DNA of 64,000 nt, taken from Verrucomicrobiota bacterium. GTDB taxonomy: Bacteria > Verrucomicrobiota > Verrucomicrobiia > Limisphaerales > UBA11358. The number at the start of each line of letters is the position of its first letter. Within the stretch, counting starts at the first letter, position 1. The position numbers and the translations under genes were made by a program. Shown here in pieces: positions 9,683 through 17,518 of this stretch. Location: the NCBI GenBank assembly GCA_049510395.1, contig JBEKYY010000001.1, forward strand, positions 665 through 64,664, read 5' to 3'. Below the pieces are notes generated by a model that saw only the letters and a list, made by a program, of their open reading frames with translations, was not told the origin of the DNA and did not search any database.

Positions 9683-9745
9683 GGGAGGGGCGCCGTGTCG
9701 GCGACCCAAATTTTCTTCCAAGGACGGCGACACGCCGTCCCTCCC
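9683..9745. repeat. Intergenic copy of the GGGAGGGACGGC-family palindrome
   Basis: GGGAGGGGCGCCGTGTCGGCGACCC aaattttcttccaa GGACGGCGACACGCCGTCCCTCCC. It lies between the rpsI terminator and the argC start. Confidence 0.85.
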
Positions 9746-9750
9746 AAAGC

Positions 9751-9780
9751 AAAAAACCCCGCCGGATTGAACCAGCGGGG
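9751..9780 (-). terminator. Rho-independent terminator after rpsI
   Basis: The minus strand reads CCCCGCTGG ttcaat CCGGCGGGG TTTTTT: a 9-bp stem with one G-U pair followed by a T6 tract, 20 nt after the rpsI stop. Confidence 0.65.
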
Positions 9781-9800
9781 CTTGGAAATTTCCAGCGCGA

Positions 9801-10202
9801 TCAACGTTTCGAGTATTGGAACCGTTTGCGCGCCCCCGGCTGGCCGTATTTTTTGCGCTCTTTCATGCGCGAATCGCGCGTCAACAAGCCTTCGGCCTTC
9901 AACGCGCCCCGCAGGTTCGCGTCGAATTGCAACAATGCCCGGGCGATACCGTGCCGCACCGCGCCGGCCTGGCCGTTCGGTCCGCCGCCGCTGACGTTGA
10001 TGCGCGCGTCGAACTTTTCCGCCGTGCCGGTGACGGCCAGCGGCTGCGTCGCGGTTACGCGTTGCGTTTCAAGCGTGAAGTAATTTTCAAACTGGCGTCC
10101 GTTGACGGTGATTTTGCCATTGCCGGACGCGAGCCGGACCCGCGCGATGGCGGTCTTGCGCCGTCCCGTGCCGAGGTATTCGGGAATTTTGGTTTCAGCC
10201 AT
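9801..10202 (-). CDS. rpsI: 30S ribosomal protein S9
   Basis: 133 aa with the typical C-terminus ...[10 protein letters not shown]. Confidence 0.95.
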   Translation of the reverse strand: MAETKIPEYLGTGRRKTAIARVRLASGNGKITVNGRQFENYFTLETQRVTATQPLAVTGTAEKFDARINVSGGGPNGQAGAVRHGIARALLQFDANLRGALKAEGLLTRDSRMKERKKYGQPGARKRFQYSKR

Positions 10203-10232
10203 CTGTCAGTTGAGGGTTGAGGGTTGGGAGAA

Positions 10233-10667
10233 TCAAGCCGCGGCTTTGAGCGGTTCAGGCTTCTGGGCGGCGTGTGGATGTTTCGGACCTTTAAAAACTT
10301 TCAACTTGGTCAACAACTGGCTGCCGAGCCGGTTTTTCGGAATCATGCCTTTGACCGCGTGCAGGATGAGTTTTTCCGGATGCCTGGCACGCACTTGGGC
10401 GACCGTGGTGTATTTCTCCCCGCCTTTCCAGCCGGAATAGGTCATGTAAGCCTTGGCCGTTTCCTTCTTGCCGGTGACGCGGACTTTTTCGGCGTTGATG
10501 ACAACGACAAAATCTCCGGCATCGAGGTGCGGCGTGAAGACGGGCTTGTTTTTGCCGCGTAAAATGTCGGCAACCTGCACGGCCAGCCGGCCGAGCACCG
10601 CGCCGTCGGCATCAATCACGTGCCACTTGCGCTGGTCCAAATTCACTTTGGGTAAATATGTTTTCAT
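10233..10667 (-). CDS. rplM: 50S ribosomal protein L13
   Basis: It contains WHVIDADGAVLGRLA...LRGK, typical of L13, and sits upstream of rpsI as in the conserved operon. Confidence 0.95.
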   Translation of the reverse strand: MKTYLPKVNLDQRKWHVIDADGAVLGRLAVQVADILRGKNKPVFTPHLDAGDFVVVINAEKVRVTGKKETAKAYMTYSGWKGGEKYTTVAQVRARHPEKLILHAVKGMIPKNRLGSQLLTKLKVFKGPKHPHAAQKPEPLKAAA

Positions 10668-10900
10668 CTAAAACCCGGGCAAAGGAGCGAAAAAAATATC
10701 AAACTTTCGGACGAAGTCAACATGGCATTTTGAGCTGGTTCAGCAGCGGGTACACGCACGTTGACACTATATCTGGGGTATTTGAGCCAAAATCGCCGAC
10801 GCATTGAATTATTTGTTGAAATCCTACGCATCTGGTTTGAAGAAGAAGAAAGAGTTCAAACTCTTCAACCGATCGCGGAAATAGCAAGCTTGCAGCCGGA

Positions 10901-11731
10901 TTAGTTTTCCGTGAAGACGAAGGCGCCATAGCCTACCACACGGCCGCGCCCGCCCGAAGTGTCGCCAGAGTTCCGCAAATCCACGGTGCGGCACCGCAGG
11001 CCACGCTCCTTCGCCACCCGTAGGAGTCCGCAAATCGGCTGGCAACCGCAGGCCTGATCGGCGTTGAGTTGCTCCCAGTTCAACGACTCGATGGCGCGGG
11101 CCGTCTCGCGGTCCATTTGTTGCGCCGTCTGATAATCGTGATAGTGGCTCAGGTCCGAGCTGACGACGATGCAGGTTTCCCGGCCGCCCCAAAGTTCGTT
11201 CAACACCGCTCCGACCTCATTCGGCGCGGCGTCGCCCACAACCAGCGGGATCAGTTTGAATTCGCCCAGCGCGATCTGCAGAAACGGCAGATGCACCTCC
11301 AGGCTGTGTTCGCGCTGGTGCGCGGCGTCCAGCGTCGTTACCAGCGGCAACGCGCGGATCCGGGCCAGCGCCCCCTCATCCACGGAAATGGGACCCAGCG
11401 GCGACTGGAAAACCGACGCGCTGCTGGCCGCCAATCCGGGAAAAGCCACGAAGTGCGACGGACCCAGCAGCACCACGCGTTTGAGCAGACCGTACCCGCG
11501 GGCCAGGCAGGCGTAGGCCGAGCCGGCGATTGGCCCGGAATATTGGTAGCCGGCATGAGGCGCGATGATGGCTTTCGGAATTTTGTCAGAGACTGTTTTT
11601 GCGGCCGCCAGAAAACCGTTTACCATCGTTCGTAGTTCTTCCGGGTTCTCCGGATAAAATTGTCCCGCCACCGCCGGCCGCCGCACCGCCGGAGCTTCCG
11701 CTGCGGGCTTATATCGAGCGCGTATTTTCAT
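10901..11731 (-). CDS. amrB: AmmeMemoRadiSam system protein B (MEMO1-like)
   Basis: It has AGQFYP near the N-terminus and APHAGYQYSG. It overlaps the radical SAM partner by 4 nt. Confidence 0.8.
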   Translation of the reverse strand: MKIRARYKPAAEAPAVRRPAVAGQFYPENPEELRTMVNGFLAAAKTVSDKIPKAIIAPHAGYQYSGPIAGSAYACLARGYGLLKRVVLLGPSHFVAFPGLAASSASVFQSPLGPISVDEGALARIRALPLVTTLDAAHQREHSLEVHLPFLQIALGEFKLIPLVVGDAAPNEVGAVLNELWGGRETCIVVSSDLSHYHDYQTAQQMDRETARAIESLNWEQLNADQACGCQPICGLLRVAKERGLRCRTVDLRNSGDTSGGRGRVVGYGAFVFTEN

Positions 11732-12945
11732 TTCAGGTCCACCCGGCGTGGCCGGCGGCGATAGTAAGCGGCCAGGCCGTCACCGGTGCGGACGCCTTGC
11801 GCGCCGTCCGTTGGCCAGAGGCCGGGAATAATCTCGTCGCAGCGCGGACACGTGCCGTGAGAAGTGATTTTGTATTCCTGGATCGAGTAGCCGCAGCGGG
11901 CAATCAGGGTTTCACCGCAACCGGGGCAGCGCGTGTTTTCCCATTCGCCCACCCGGCCGGGCGCATTGCCGGCATAAACGAAGCGCAACCCGGCTTCGGT
12001 TCCAATCTCTGCCGCGTGCAGCAAGTCGTCGGCCTTCGTCGAACGCGGGCTGGTCATTTTGTAATCCGGATGGAATGCGGTGACGTGCCACGGAATGTCG
12101 CGGCCCACCGAAACGAGAAACCGGGCGATGTCCCGAAGTTCCTTCGGGTCGTCGTTGAAACCCGGCACGACGAGGGTCACCACCTCCAGCCAGATGCCGC
12201 GTTGATGGATCATTTTGATGGTTTCGGTCACGTGGTCGAGCGTGCCGCCGAGCGTCCGGTAGCGGCGGTCATCAAAGCCCTTCAAGTCCACCTTGTAGGC
12301 CACGATCCACGGCTGGAGAAAATCGAGTGCTTCCGGCGTCGCGTTGCCATTGGAAACAAAAGCGCACATCAGGCCCTGCGCCTTGGCCGGCTGGAAGATG
12401 GACACGGCCCATTCGGCGGTGATGAGCGGCTCGTTGTAGCTGGACACCACCAGGCGTGCGCCGTGCCGTTGGGCCGCATGCACCAGTTCTTCCGGGGTGA
12501 CGGTCTGGAGAGGAGCAGATGCCACTTCGTCGCGCAGCGCCTGGCTCGTCACCCAGTTCTGGCAATACGAACAATGAAAATCGCAGCCCAACATGCCAAA
12601 AGTCAGCGCGTCGCTGCCGGGATGCACATGGAAGAACGGCTTTTTCTCCACCGGATCACAAGCCACGCCGGCGGTGTAGCCAAACGGCACATGCAGTTGG
12701 CCGCCGTCATTGAAGCGCACCTTGCAAATCCCGCGCCGACCCGGCGCGATCAAGCACCGGTGGCCGCACGCCACGCAGCGAACCCGGCCATCCTCTGGTT
12801 TCCAAAGCACGCCCACACTTGTATGGCGGTCCAGCAGGTCGGCCAGCGCTCCGCCCTTTTCCGGGCGCTGGACCACGGACGACAGGGGCTTTGAAGCCGG
12901 GTCCGTTTTTGCTGCTTTCATTGTGTCAGTCTTGCGCATCTTCAC
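11728..12945 (-). CDS. amrS: AmmeMemoRadiSam system radical SAM enzyme
   Basis: It has the CxxxCxxC cluster motif GCDFHCSYCQNW and is translationally coupled to amrB. Confidence 0.8.
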   Translation of the reverse strand: MKMRKTDTMKAAKTDPASKPLSSVVQRPEKGGALADLLDRHTSVGVLWKPEDGRVRCVACGHRCLIAPGRRGICKVRFNDGGQLHVPFGYTAGVACDPVEKKPFFHVHPGSDALTFGMLGCDFHCSYCQNWVTSQALRDEVASAPLQTVTPEELVHAAQRHGARLVVSSYNEPLITAEWAVSIFQPAKAQGLMCAFVSNGNATPEALDFLQPWIVAYKVDLKGFDDRRYRTLGGTLDHVTETIKMIHQRGIWLEVVTLVVPGFNDDPKELRDIARFLVSVGRDIPWHVTAFHPDYKMTSPRSTKADDLLHAAEIGTEAGLRFVYAGNAPGRVGEWENTRCPGCGETLIARCGYSIQEYKITSHGTCPRCDEIIPGLWPTDGAQGVRTGDGLAAYYRRRPRRVDLK

Positions 12946-13026
12946 TTTGCCGGGAAGGCTGTCCGGTCAACATCGCACTTTCTTCCGCCACAAACAACCC
13001 GGGCGGCAATCTTCAGCCCGCCCCAG

Positions 13027-13638
13027 TCAACACCCGCCCCGCGCCGCCAGAAATTTCTCAGCGTATTTGCCCAGCAGGTCGGCCTCCAGGTTCACCGCGT
13101 CCCCGACTTTTCGTTCACGCAGGGCAGTGATTGCGTAGGTGTGCGGTATGATCCAGATGCGAAAGCCTTTTTTGTTCACGCCTGCGACGGTGAGGCTGAT
13201 GCCGTCCACCGCCACCGAGCCCTTGAAAACCATGTAACGCATCACCTCCGCCGGCGCAGCGATGTCGAGCACGTGGTCCTGTCCCGCGCGTTCCCAGCGG
13301 ATGATTTTGCCCACGCCGTCAATGTGGCCGGTAACAAAATGTCCGCCGAATTCGCCGTCCGCGCGCAACGGCCGCTCCAGATTCACCAGCGAACCGGGTT
13401 TGGCAAATTGCAGGTTGGTGCGCCGCCACGTTTCCTGAAGCAGATCAAATTGCGCAAGCTTGAATTTTCCGCATGTGGCCACTTTTACCGCCGTCAGACA
13501 ACAGCCATTCACCGCCAGGCTGCCGCCCGGCTTCAAGCCGCAGCCGGTCACGCCGGCGCGCACAGTCAGTTCAATGGATCTCGCCGCCGGCTGGATGCGC
13601 TCGACGGTTCCGGCTTCTTCGACAATGCCTGTGAACAT
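13027..13638 (-). CDS. ribE: Riboflavin synthase
   Basis: The canonical N-terminus MFTGIVEE begins at 13638. The ORF-track start at 13716 adds an implausible 26-aa leader. Confidence 0.85.
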   Translation of the reverse strand: MFTGIVEEAGTVERIQPAARSIELTVRAGVTGCGLKPGGSLAVNGCCLTAVKVATCGKFKLAQFDLLQETWRRTNLQFAKPGSLVNLERPLRADGEFGGHFVTGHIDGVGKIIRWERAGQDHVLDIAAPAEVMRYMVFKGSVAVDGISLTVAGVNKKGFRIWIIPHTYAITALRERKVGDAVNLEADLLGKYAEKFLAARGGC

Positions 13639-13753
13639 TTTGGAAAAGTTAAGCCCGCCGCGAGACCCTGTCGAGCCGCCTTTGATTCGTAGCGGCGTCT
13701 CGGAAGAGCGCCGCAAACTTGATTCAAAATGACGGCACTCTGCCGGGGTGCCG

Positions 13754-15031
13754 CTACGGAATGACCCGCGCCGTCAGCAACAAATCCGGCCCGATCCGCT
13801 TCCATTCAACGTCGCGAAGTCGAATCACCTCCGCCAGACTCCGGGCGCCCTCTCCCGCAACGGCTTTTCGCGAATCGCGCCCGCCCAAAATTTTCGGCGC
13901 GTAGAAAAACGCGACGCGCTGGGCCAAACCACCGAGCAGGAACGACGCGTTCACCTCGCCACCGCCTTCGACCAGCAGATTCGTGACGTTTTGGGCACCG
14001 AGTTTTTTCAGCAGCCAGGGCAGTTTAACATGTTGGTGGGGCGAGGCTACTGACGAGCCGTCTCCGCTTCGCTTCGCCACGCCGAGGCCGGCTCGCGGGG
14101 ACGCTCGCCCCACCTTTTGTATTGGCGCGACCAATACATTCACTCGTCTGGCCAGGGCCGCCACACGATTCTTCGGTGCGGATTTGCTCGCGACAATGGT
14201 TGTCAGCGCGGCAAACCTGTCGTTTGCCACTTTCGCCTTCAAAGGCGTTCGCGCCATCGAATCCAGAATGATTCTCCGAATCGGTTTTGCCATCTTCCAT
14301 CTTCCATCTTCCATCCTCGTCCTGGCCGTCAGGCTCGGATCGTCCGCCAGAATCGTATTAATCCCGACCAGAACCGCATCCGCTCCCTGGCGCAACTTCA
14401 TGGCGCAAGCCCGCGCCACTTCGCCGGTAATCCATTTCGATTCGCCTGTTGCGGTGGCAATTTTGCCATCCATCGTCATCGCCGCCTTCACCGTGACGAA
14501 CGGTGTGCGGTGAACAATCCAGTGATTAAACACCTCGTTGAGCCGCTGGCATTCATCAGCCAGAATTTGGTGGGGCGAGCGTCCCCGCGAGCCGGGCCGC
14601 GGCTCGTCAGTAGCCTCGCCCCACCGCGTTACGGTGACACCAGCCCGTTTCAAGATTTTGAAAGCCCGGCCGGAATGTTTTGGGTTGGGATCGGTCGCGC
14701 CAATAACGACGCGCCTGATTCCGGCGGCTTTGATGGCTTCGGTGCAGGGCGGGGTGCGTCCTCGCGTGCAGCACGGTTCGAGCGTCACGTAAAGCGTCGA
14801 GCGGCGCGGGCTATGACCGCGGTTTTGCGCATCGCGGAGCGCCTCGATTTCCGCGTGCGGCCCGCCCGCGCGCCGGTGCCAGCCGCGCCCGATGATTTTG
14901 CCGCTTTTCACCAGCACCGCGCCCACCATGGGATTCGGCGACGTCGCGCCGTAGCCGCGCCACGCCAGACCAATGGCCAGTCGCAGGTGGCGCCAATCAC
15001 TTTGGGAAAAGAATTTTGGTCGCGTGCCCAT
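13754..15031 (-). CDS. ribD: Bifunctional riboflavin biosynthesis deaminase/reductase RibD, with two in-frame repeat-derived inserts
   Basis: It has the deaminase motifs HAEIEAL and TLEPCC..GRTPPC. I prefer the ATG at 15031 (MGTRPKFF) to the TTG at 15046. Confidence 0.9.
   Translation of the reverse strand: MGTRPKFFSQSDWRHLRLAIGLAWRGYGATSPNPMVGAVLVKSGKIIGRGWHRRAGGPHAEIEALRDAQNRGHSPRRSTLYVTLEPCCTRGRTPPCTEAIKAAGIRRVVIGATDPNPKHSGRAFKILKRAGVTVTRWGEATDEPRPGSRGRSPHQILADECQRLNEVFNHWIVHRTPFVTVKAAMTMDGKIATATGESKWITGEVARACAMKLRQGADAVLVGINTILADDPSLTARTRMEDGRWKMAKPIRRIILDSMARTPLKAKVANDRFAALTTIVASKSAPKNRVAALARRVNVLVAPIQKVGRASPRAGLGVAKRSGDGSSVASPHQHVKLPWLLKKLGAQNVTNLLVEGGGEVNASFLLGGLAQRVAFFYAPKILGGRDSRKAVAGEGARSLAEVIRLRDVEWKRIGPDLLLTARVIP
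14035..14114. repeat. GGTGGGGCGAG-family palindrome inside ribD (copy 1)
   Basis: GGTGGGGCGAGGCTACTGACGAGCC, a 30-nt loop, then GGCTCGCGGGGACGCTCGCCCCACC. It is translated as VGRASPRAGLGVAKRSGDGSSVASPHQ. Confidence 0.9.
14569..14625. repeat. GGTGGGGCGAG-family palindrome inside ribD (copy 2, opposite orientation)
   Basis: GGTGGGGCGAGCGTCCCCGCGAGCC gggccgc GGCTCGTCAGTAGCCTCGCCCCACC. The arms are the exact reverse complements of those in copy 1. It is 57 nt, equal to the 19 codons WGEATDEPRPGSRGRSPHQ. Confidence 0.9.
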
Positions 15032-15048
15032 TTGAGCGCGAATCAATG

Positions 15049-17271
15049 CTAATACAGGCCCAGCCGCCGCAACAGGAAGTATTCATTAAAAGGATCGTCG
15101 TCCGTGATTCGAACTTTGGGATTGGAATTAAGAAGCTTATTGATGGGCAACCTCCGCGAAAGGACCAATCTCAGATAAGCGGGCAGGTCCCTGATAGAGG
15201 TCCATTCCAATAAATCCTTTTGCGCCGCGGCTGGCATGCACACCGCCAGTTGTTTGGGAGCCGGTATTTTGATGGGATCCATGGAGGCCAATAAATGCAC
15301 TCCGGACCCTGAGATCGATGAGAAGCCGCGCACATATGGAAATGATTCCATGGTGGAGCGAATGACCGCCTGTCCCGTCAACACTTCTCCGCCGGGGAAC
15401 CAGACTTGAACTATTCCGCCGGGTTTCAAATGCTGTTTGACCAAGGCGTAAAAATCCGTGGAATAGAGCAGGCTGGAACCCGCCGCCGTTGGAGGAGGCG
15501 GCGGGTCAATCACGATGACATCGAATTTTTTTGCGGTGCGCTTGAGATAGCGTCTTCCATCATCGATGACGATATGTCCGTTGGGATTATTGAGTACACG
15601 CGCCGCATCTGCGTGGTAAAATCCAAAAGCCTTTATCACACTCGGCACCAGTTCCACCGTCGTCGTGTCAATATCCCAGCTCAAAGCCGAACGATAAGTC
15701 GTACCCATGCCAAAACAAATAACCAGAGCCGATTCAGGTTTTCCTTGATGGGCAACCAGCGGCAAATGAACCATGAATTTGGTGATGGGTGACAGTATGG
15801 TCATGCCAATACCATTGACCAAAAGGTTTTTCTTCCAGCCCTTTTGAAAGGAAATCACCGAGGCGGCATAATCCCGCCGCACGGTCGTGTCCTTCTTGGT
15901 TTTGAACAGCATGCCTTCAAAATCTTCGGAGCCTAACAAAGACCAAACCAGAGCAACCCCGATGGCCAGTCCCAATCCCCAACGCTGCCATTGGAATTGG
16001 GATTTGAAAAAAGGAAACCAAAAAATGAAAAACGGCAAGCCGAGCAGGACCAATGCGTAACGTTCGCTCAAATGAGGCAATAAAACATAACAGGCGAACA
16101 GCGGCCCCAGAATGCATCCCAAAACATTTATCGCATAGGCTTGGCCGGCATCGGTCGGATGGCCGGCCGCATGTTCGTCAATCAGACTCGGCGTCAGATA
16201 CCCCAGCAAAGCGCAAAACGGACAGATGCTGCCCAACAGAATGATTGCGCTGATAACATCAATTGAAACCGCCCACCAATCTGTCGCAACAAATTGCGGA
16301 TTGTTGGCCAGCACTGGTAGAACAGCTGTGATCGCCAGCGCGGAAATCAATTCCCCCGTGGAACTGAGGCGATGCTTCCGAAGATCCCGGCGATACATCC
16401 ATGAACCGAGAAAAGTGGCTCCCAAATAAGTGAAAACAATCAGCGCGAAGGAATAAACCTGCGTTTTCAAAACCGGCGTGAAAGCGCGCGTCCACACAAC
16501 CTCCATCGCCATGGCCACAAACCCCGTCGAAAACAGAATCATTTTTGTCATCCGGCTGTTACGAGCCTGCGGACGCAATAACTCAGCCGACAGGGTCAAA
16601 TCCTCCGGTTTTTCCGAAAGAATGGCGGTTCGATGCTGTTCCCAAGCCAGACAAACGCTGATAAAGGCAATGGTGAAATTGCCTGCGGCAGCCTCCCAAA
16701 GGGTATGCCGGAACCCCGACAGTTCCACCAGAACAATGGCGGTGAGAAAAGTTCCGCTCATGGCGCCCAGCACATTGGCCAGGTAAAGAAAGCTGAAACT
16801 CTTGGTGTTCTGACAATCCCGTTCCCGGACATAAGCCATCATCAAAGGAAAGGTGGCGCCCATGCACACACACCACGGCAGGATGGAAACGGCCAGAACC
16901 AAGGCCGACAGAAACAAATAGCGGAAGGAATCCATCTCGCCGCTGGTCAGCAAAATGTGCTCGCCCAGGGCAAATAATTTGGGAACCGCAACCGCCCCCA
17001 ACCCGATCAAAAATTCCACACCCCCGTAAAAGAGGATGGCCGAACAGCCGGTTTTCTTTACCAATACAGGCACCAAACACCCGCCCGCCCAGGATCCAAC
17101 AGAAAGCCCCAGCATGAAAACTGACAACACCACGGAAAGCACCGGAGTGATGATCCCGAACGAGGCGAAGGCCATTCGCGTCCATACCACCTGATAAACC
17201 AGACTGCAAAAGCCGGACAAAAAAAACAGGGAGAACAAAACCCGGCGCGTGAATTGATTCATGCGGCTCAC
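15049..17271 (-). CDS. Fused multi-TM / spermidine-synthase-like (PABS-fold) protein, tandem copy 1
   Basis: The N-terminal half is hydrophobic and about 450 aa long (FFLSGFCSLVYQVVWTRM...). The C-terminal part has a methyltransferase-fold motif: VICFGMGTTY...VIVIDPPPP. Confidence 0.75.
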   Translation of the reverse strand: MSRMNQFTRRVLFSLFFLSGFCSLVYQVVWTRMAFASFGIITPVLSVVLSVFMLGLSVGSWAGGCLVPVLVKKTGCSAILFYGGVEFLIGLGAVAVPKLFALGEHILLTSGEMDSFRYLFLSALVLAVSILPWCVCMGATFPLMMAYVRERDCQNTKSFSFLYLANVLGAMSGTFLTAIVLVELSGFRHTLWEAAAGNFTIAFISVCLAWEQHRTAILSEKPEDLTLSAELLRPQARNSRMTKMILFSTGFVAMAMEVVWTRAFTPVLKTQVYSFALIVFTYLGATFLGSWMYRRDLRKHRLSSTGELISALAITAVLPVLANNPQFVATDWWAVSIDVISAIILLGSICPFCALLGYLTPSLIDEHAAGHPTDAGQAYAINVLGCILGPLFACYVLLPHLSERYALVLLGLPFFIFWFPFFKSQFQWQRWGLGLAIGVALVWSLLGSEDFEGMLFKTKKDTTVRRDYAASVISFQKGWKKNLLVNGIGMTILSPITKFMVHLPLVAHQGKPESALVICFGMGTTYRSALSWDIDTTTVELVPSVIKAFGFYHADAARVLNNPNGHIVIDDGRRYLKRTAKKFDVIVIDPPPPPTAAGSSLLYSTDFYALVKQHLKPGGIVQVWFPGGEVLTGQAVIRSTMESFPYVRGFSSISGSGVHLLASMDPIKIPAPKQLAVCMPAAAQKDLLEWTSIRDLPAYLRLVLSRRLPINKLLNSNPKVRITDDDPFNEYFLLRRLGLY

Positions 17272-17477
17272 CCTCTACACGTCATGCCTGCCCGAGACAA
17301 GCTTCAAAAACCTTGGGCGGGGGAACGTAGCAGTTGCCCGGCAGAGCTGCCATCTGAAAAGGGGGGAAGAAGCGCGGCGGCCTGAAACTCCCCGCTGCGC
17401 CGCGATCGGATTCGGCGAAGTCGCGCCGTGACCGCGACGCCCAGACCGATGGCTTGTACACGTAATTTAAATAATTG

Positions 17478-17506
17478 TTGGAAAAGAATTTTCGGCGCGT
17501 GTCCAT
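17478..17506 (-). pseudogene. Remnant of the ribD 5' end at the duplication junction
   Basis: 17478-17525 aligns with 15002-15049. MDTRRKFF corresponds to ribD MGTRPKFF, and the following gcgcgaatca block is shared. Confidence 0.7.
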
Positions 17507-17518
17507 TGTCAGCGCGAA

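Noticed and set aside
10843-10875. A possible terminator hairpin AAGAGTTtgaAACTCTT downstream of amrB.
   Set aside because: The stem is short and A/T-rich, and on the minus strand it is followed by a TC-rich tract rather than a U-rich one. The evidence is too weak to annotate.
15032-15048. An FMN (RFN) riboswitch expected upstream of ribD.
   Set aside because: Only ~17 nt separate the ribD start from the stop of the upstream gene, so there is no room for an RFN element here. Regulation, if any, must lie elsewhere.
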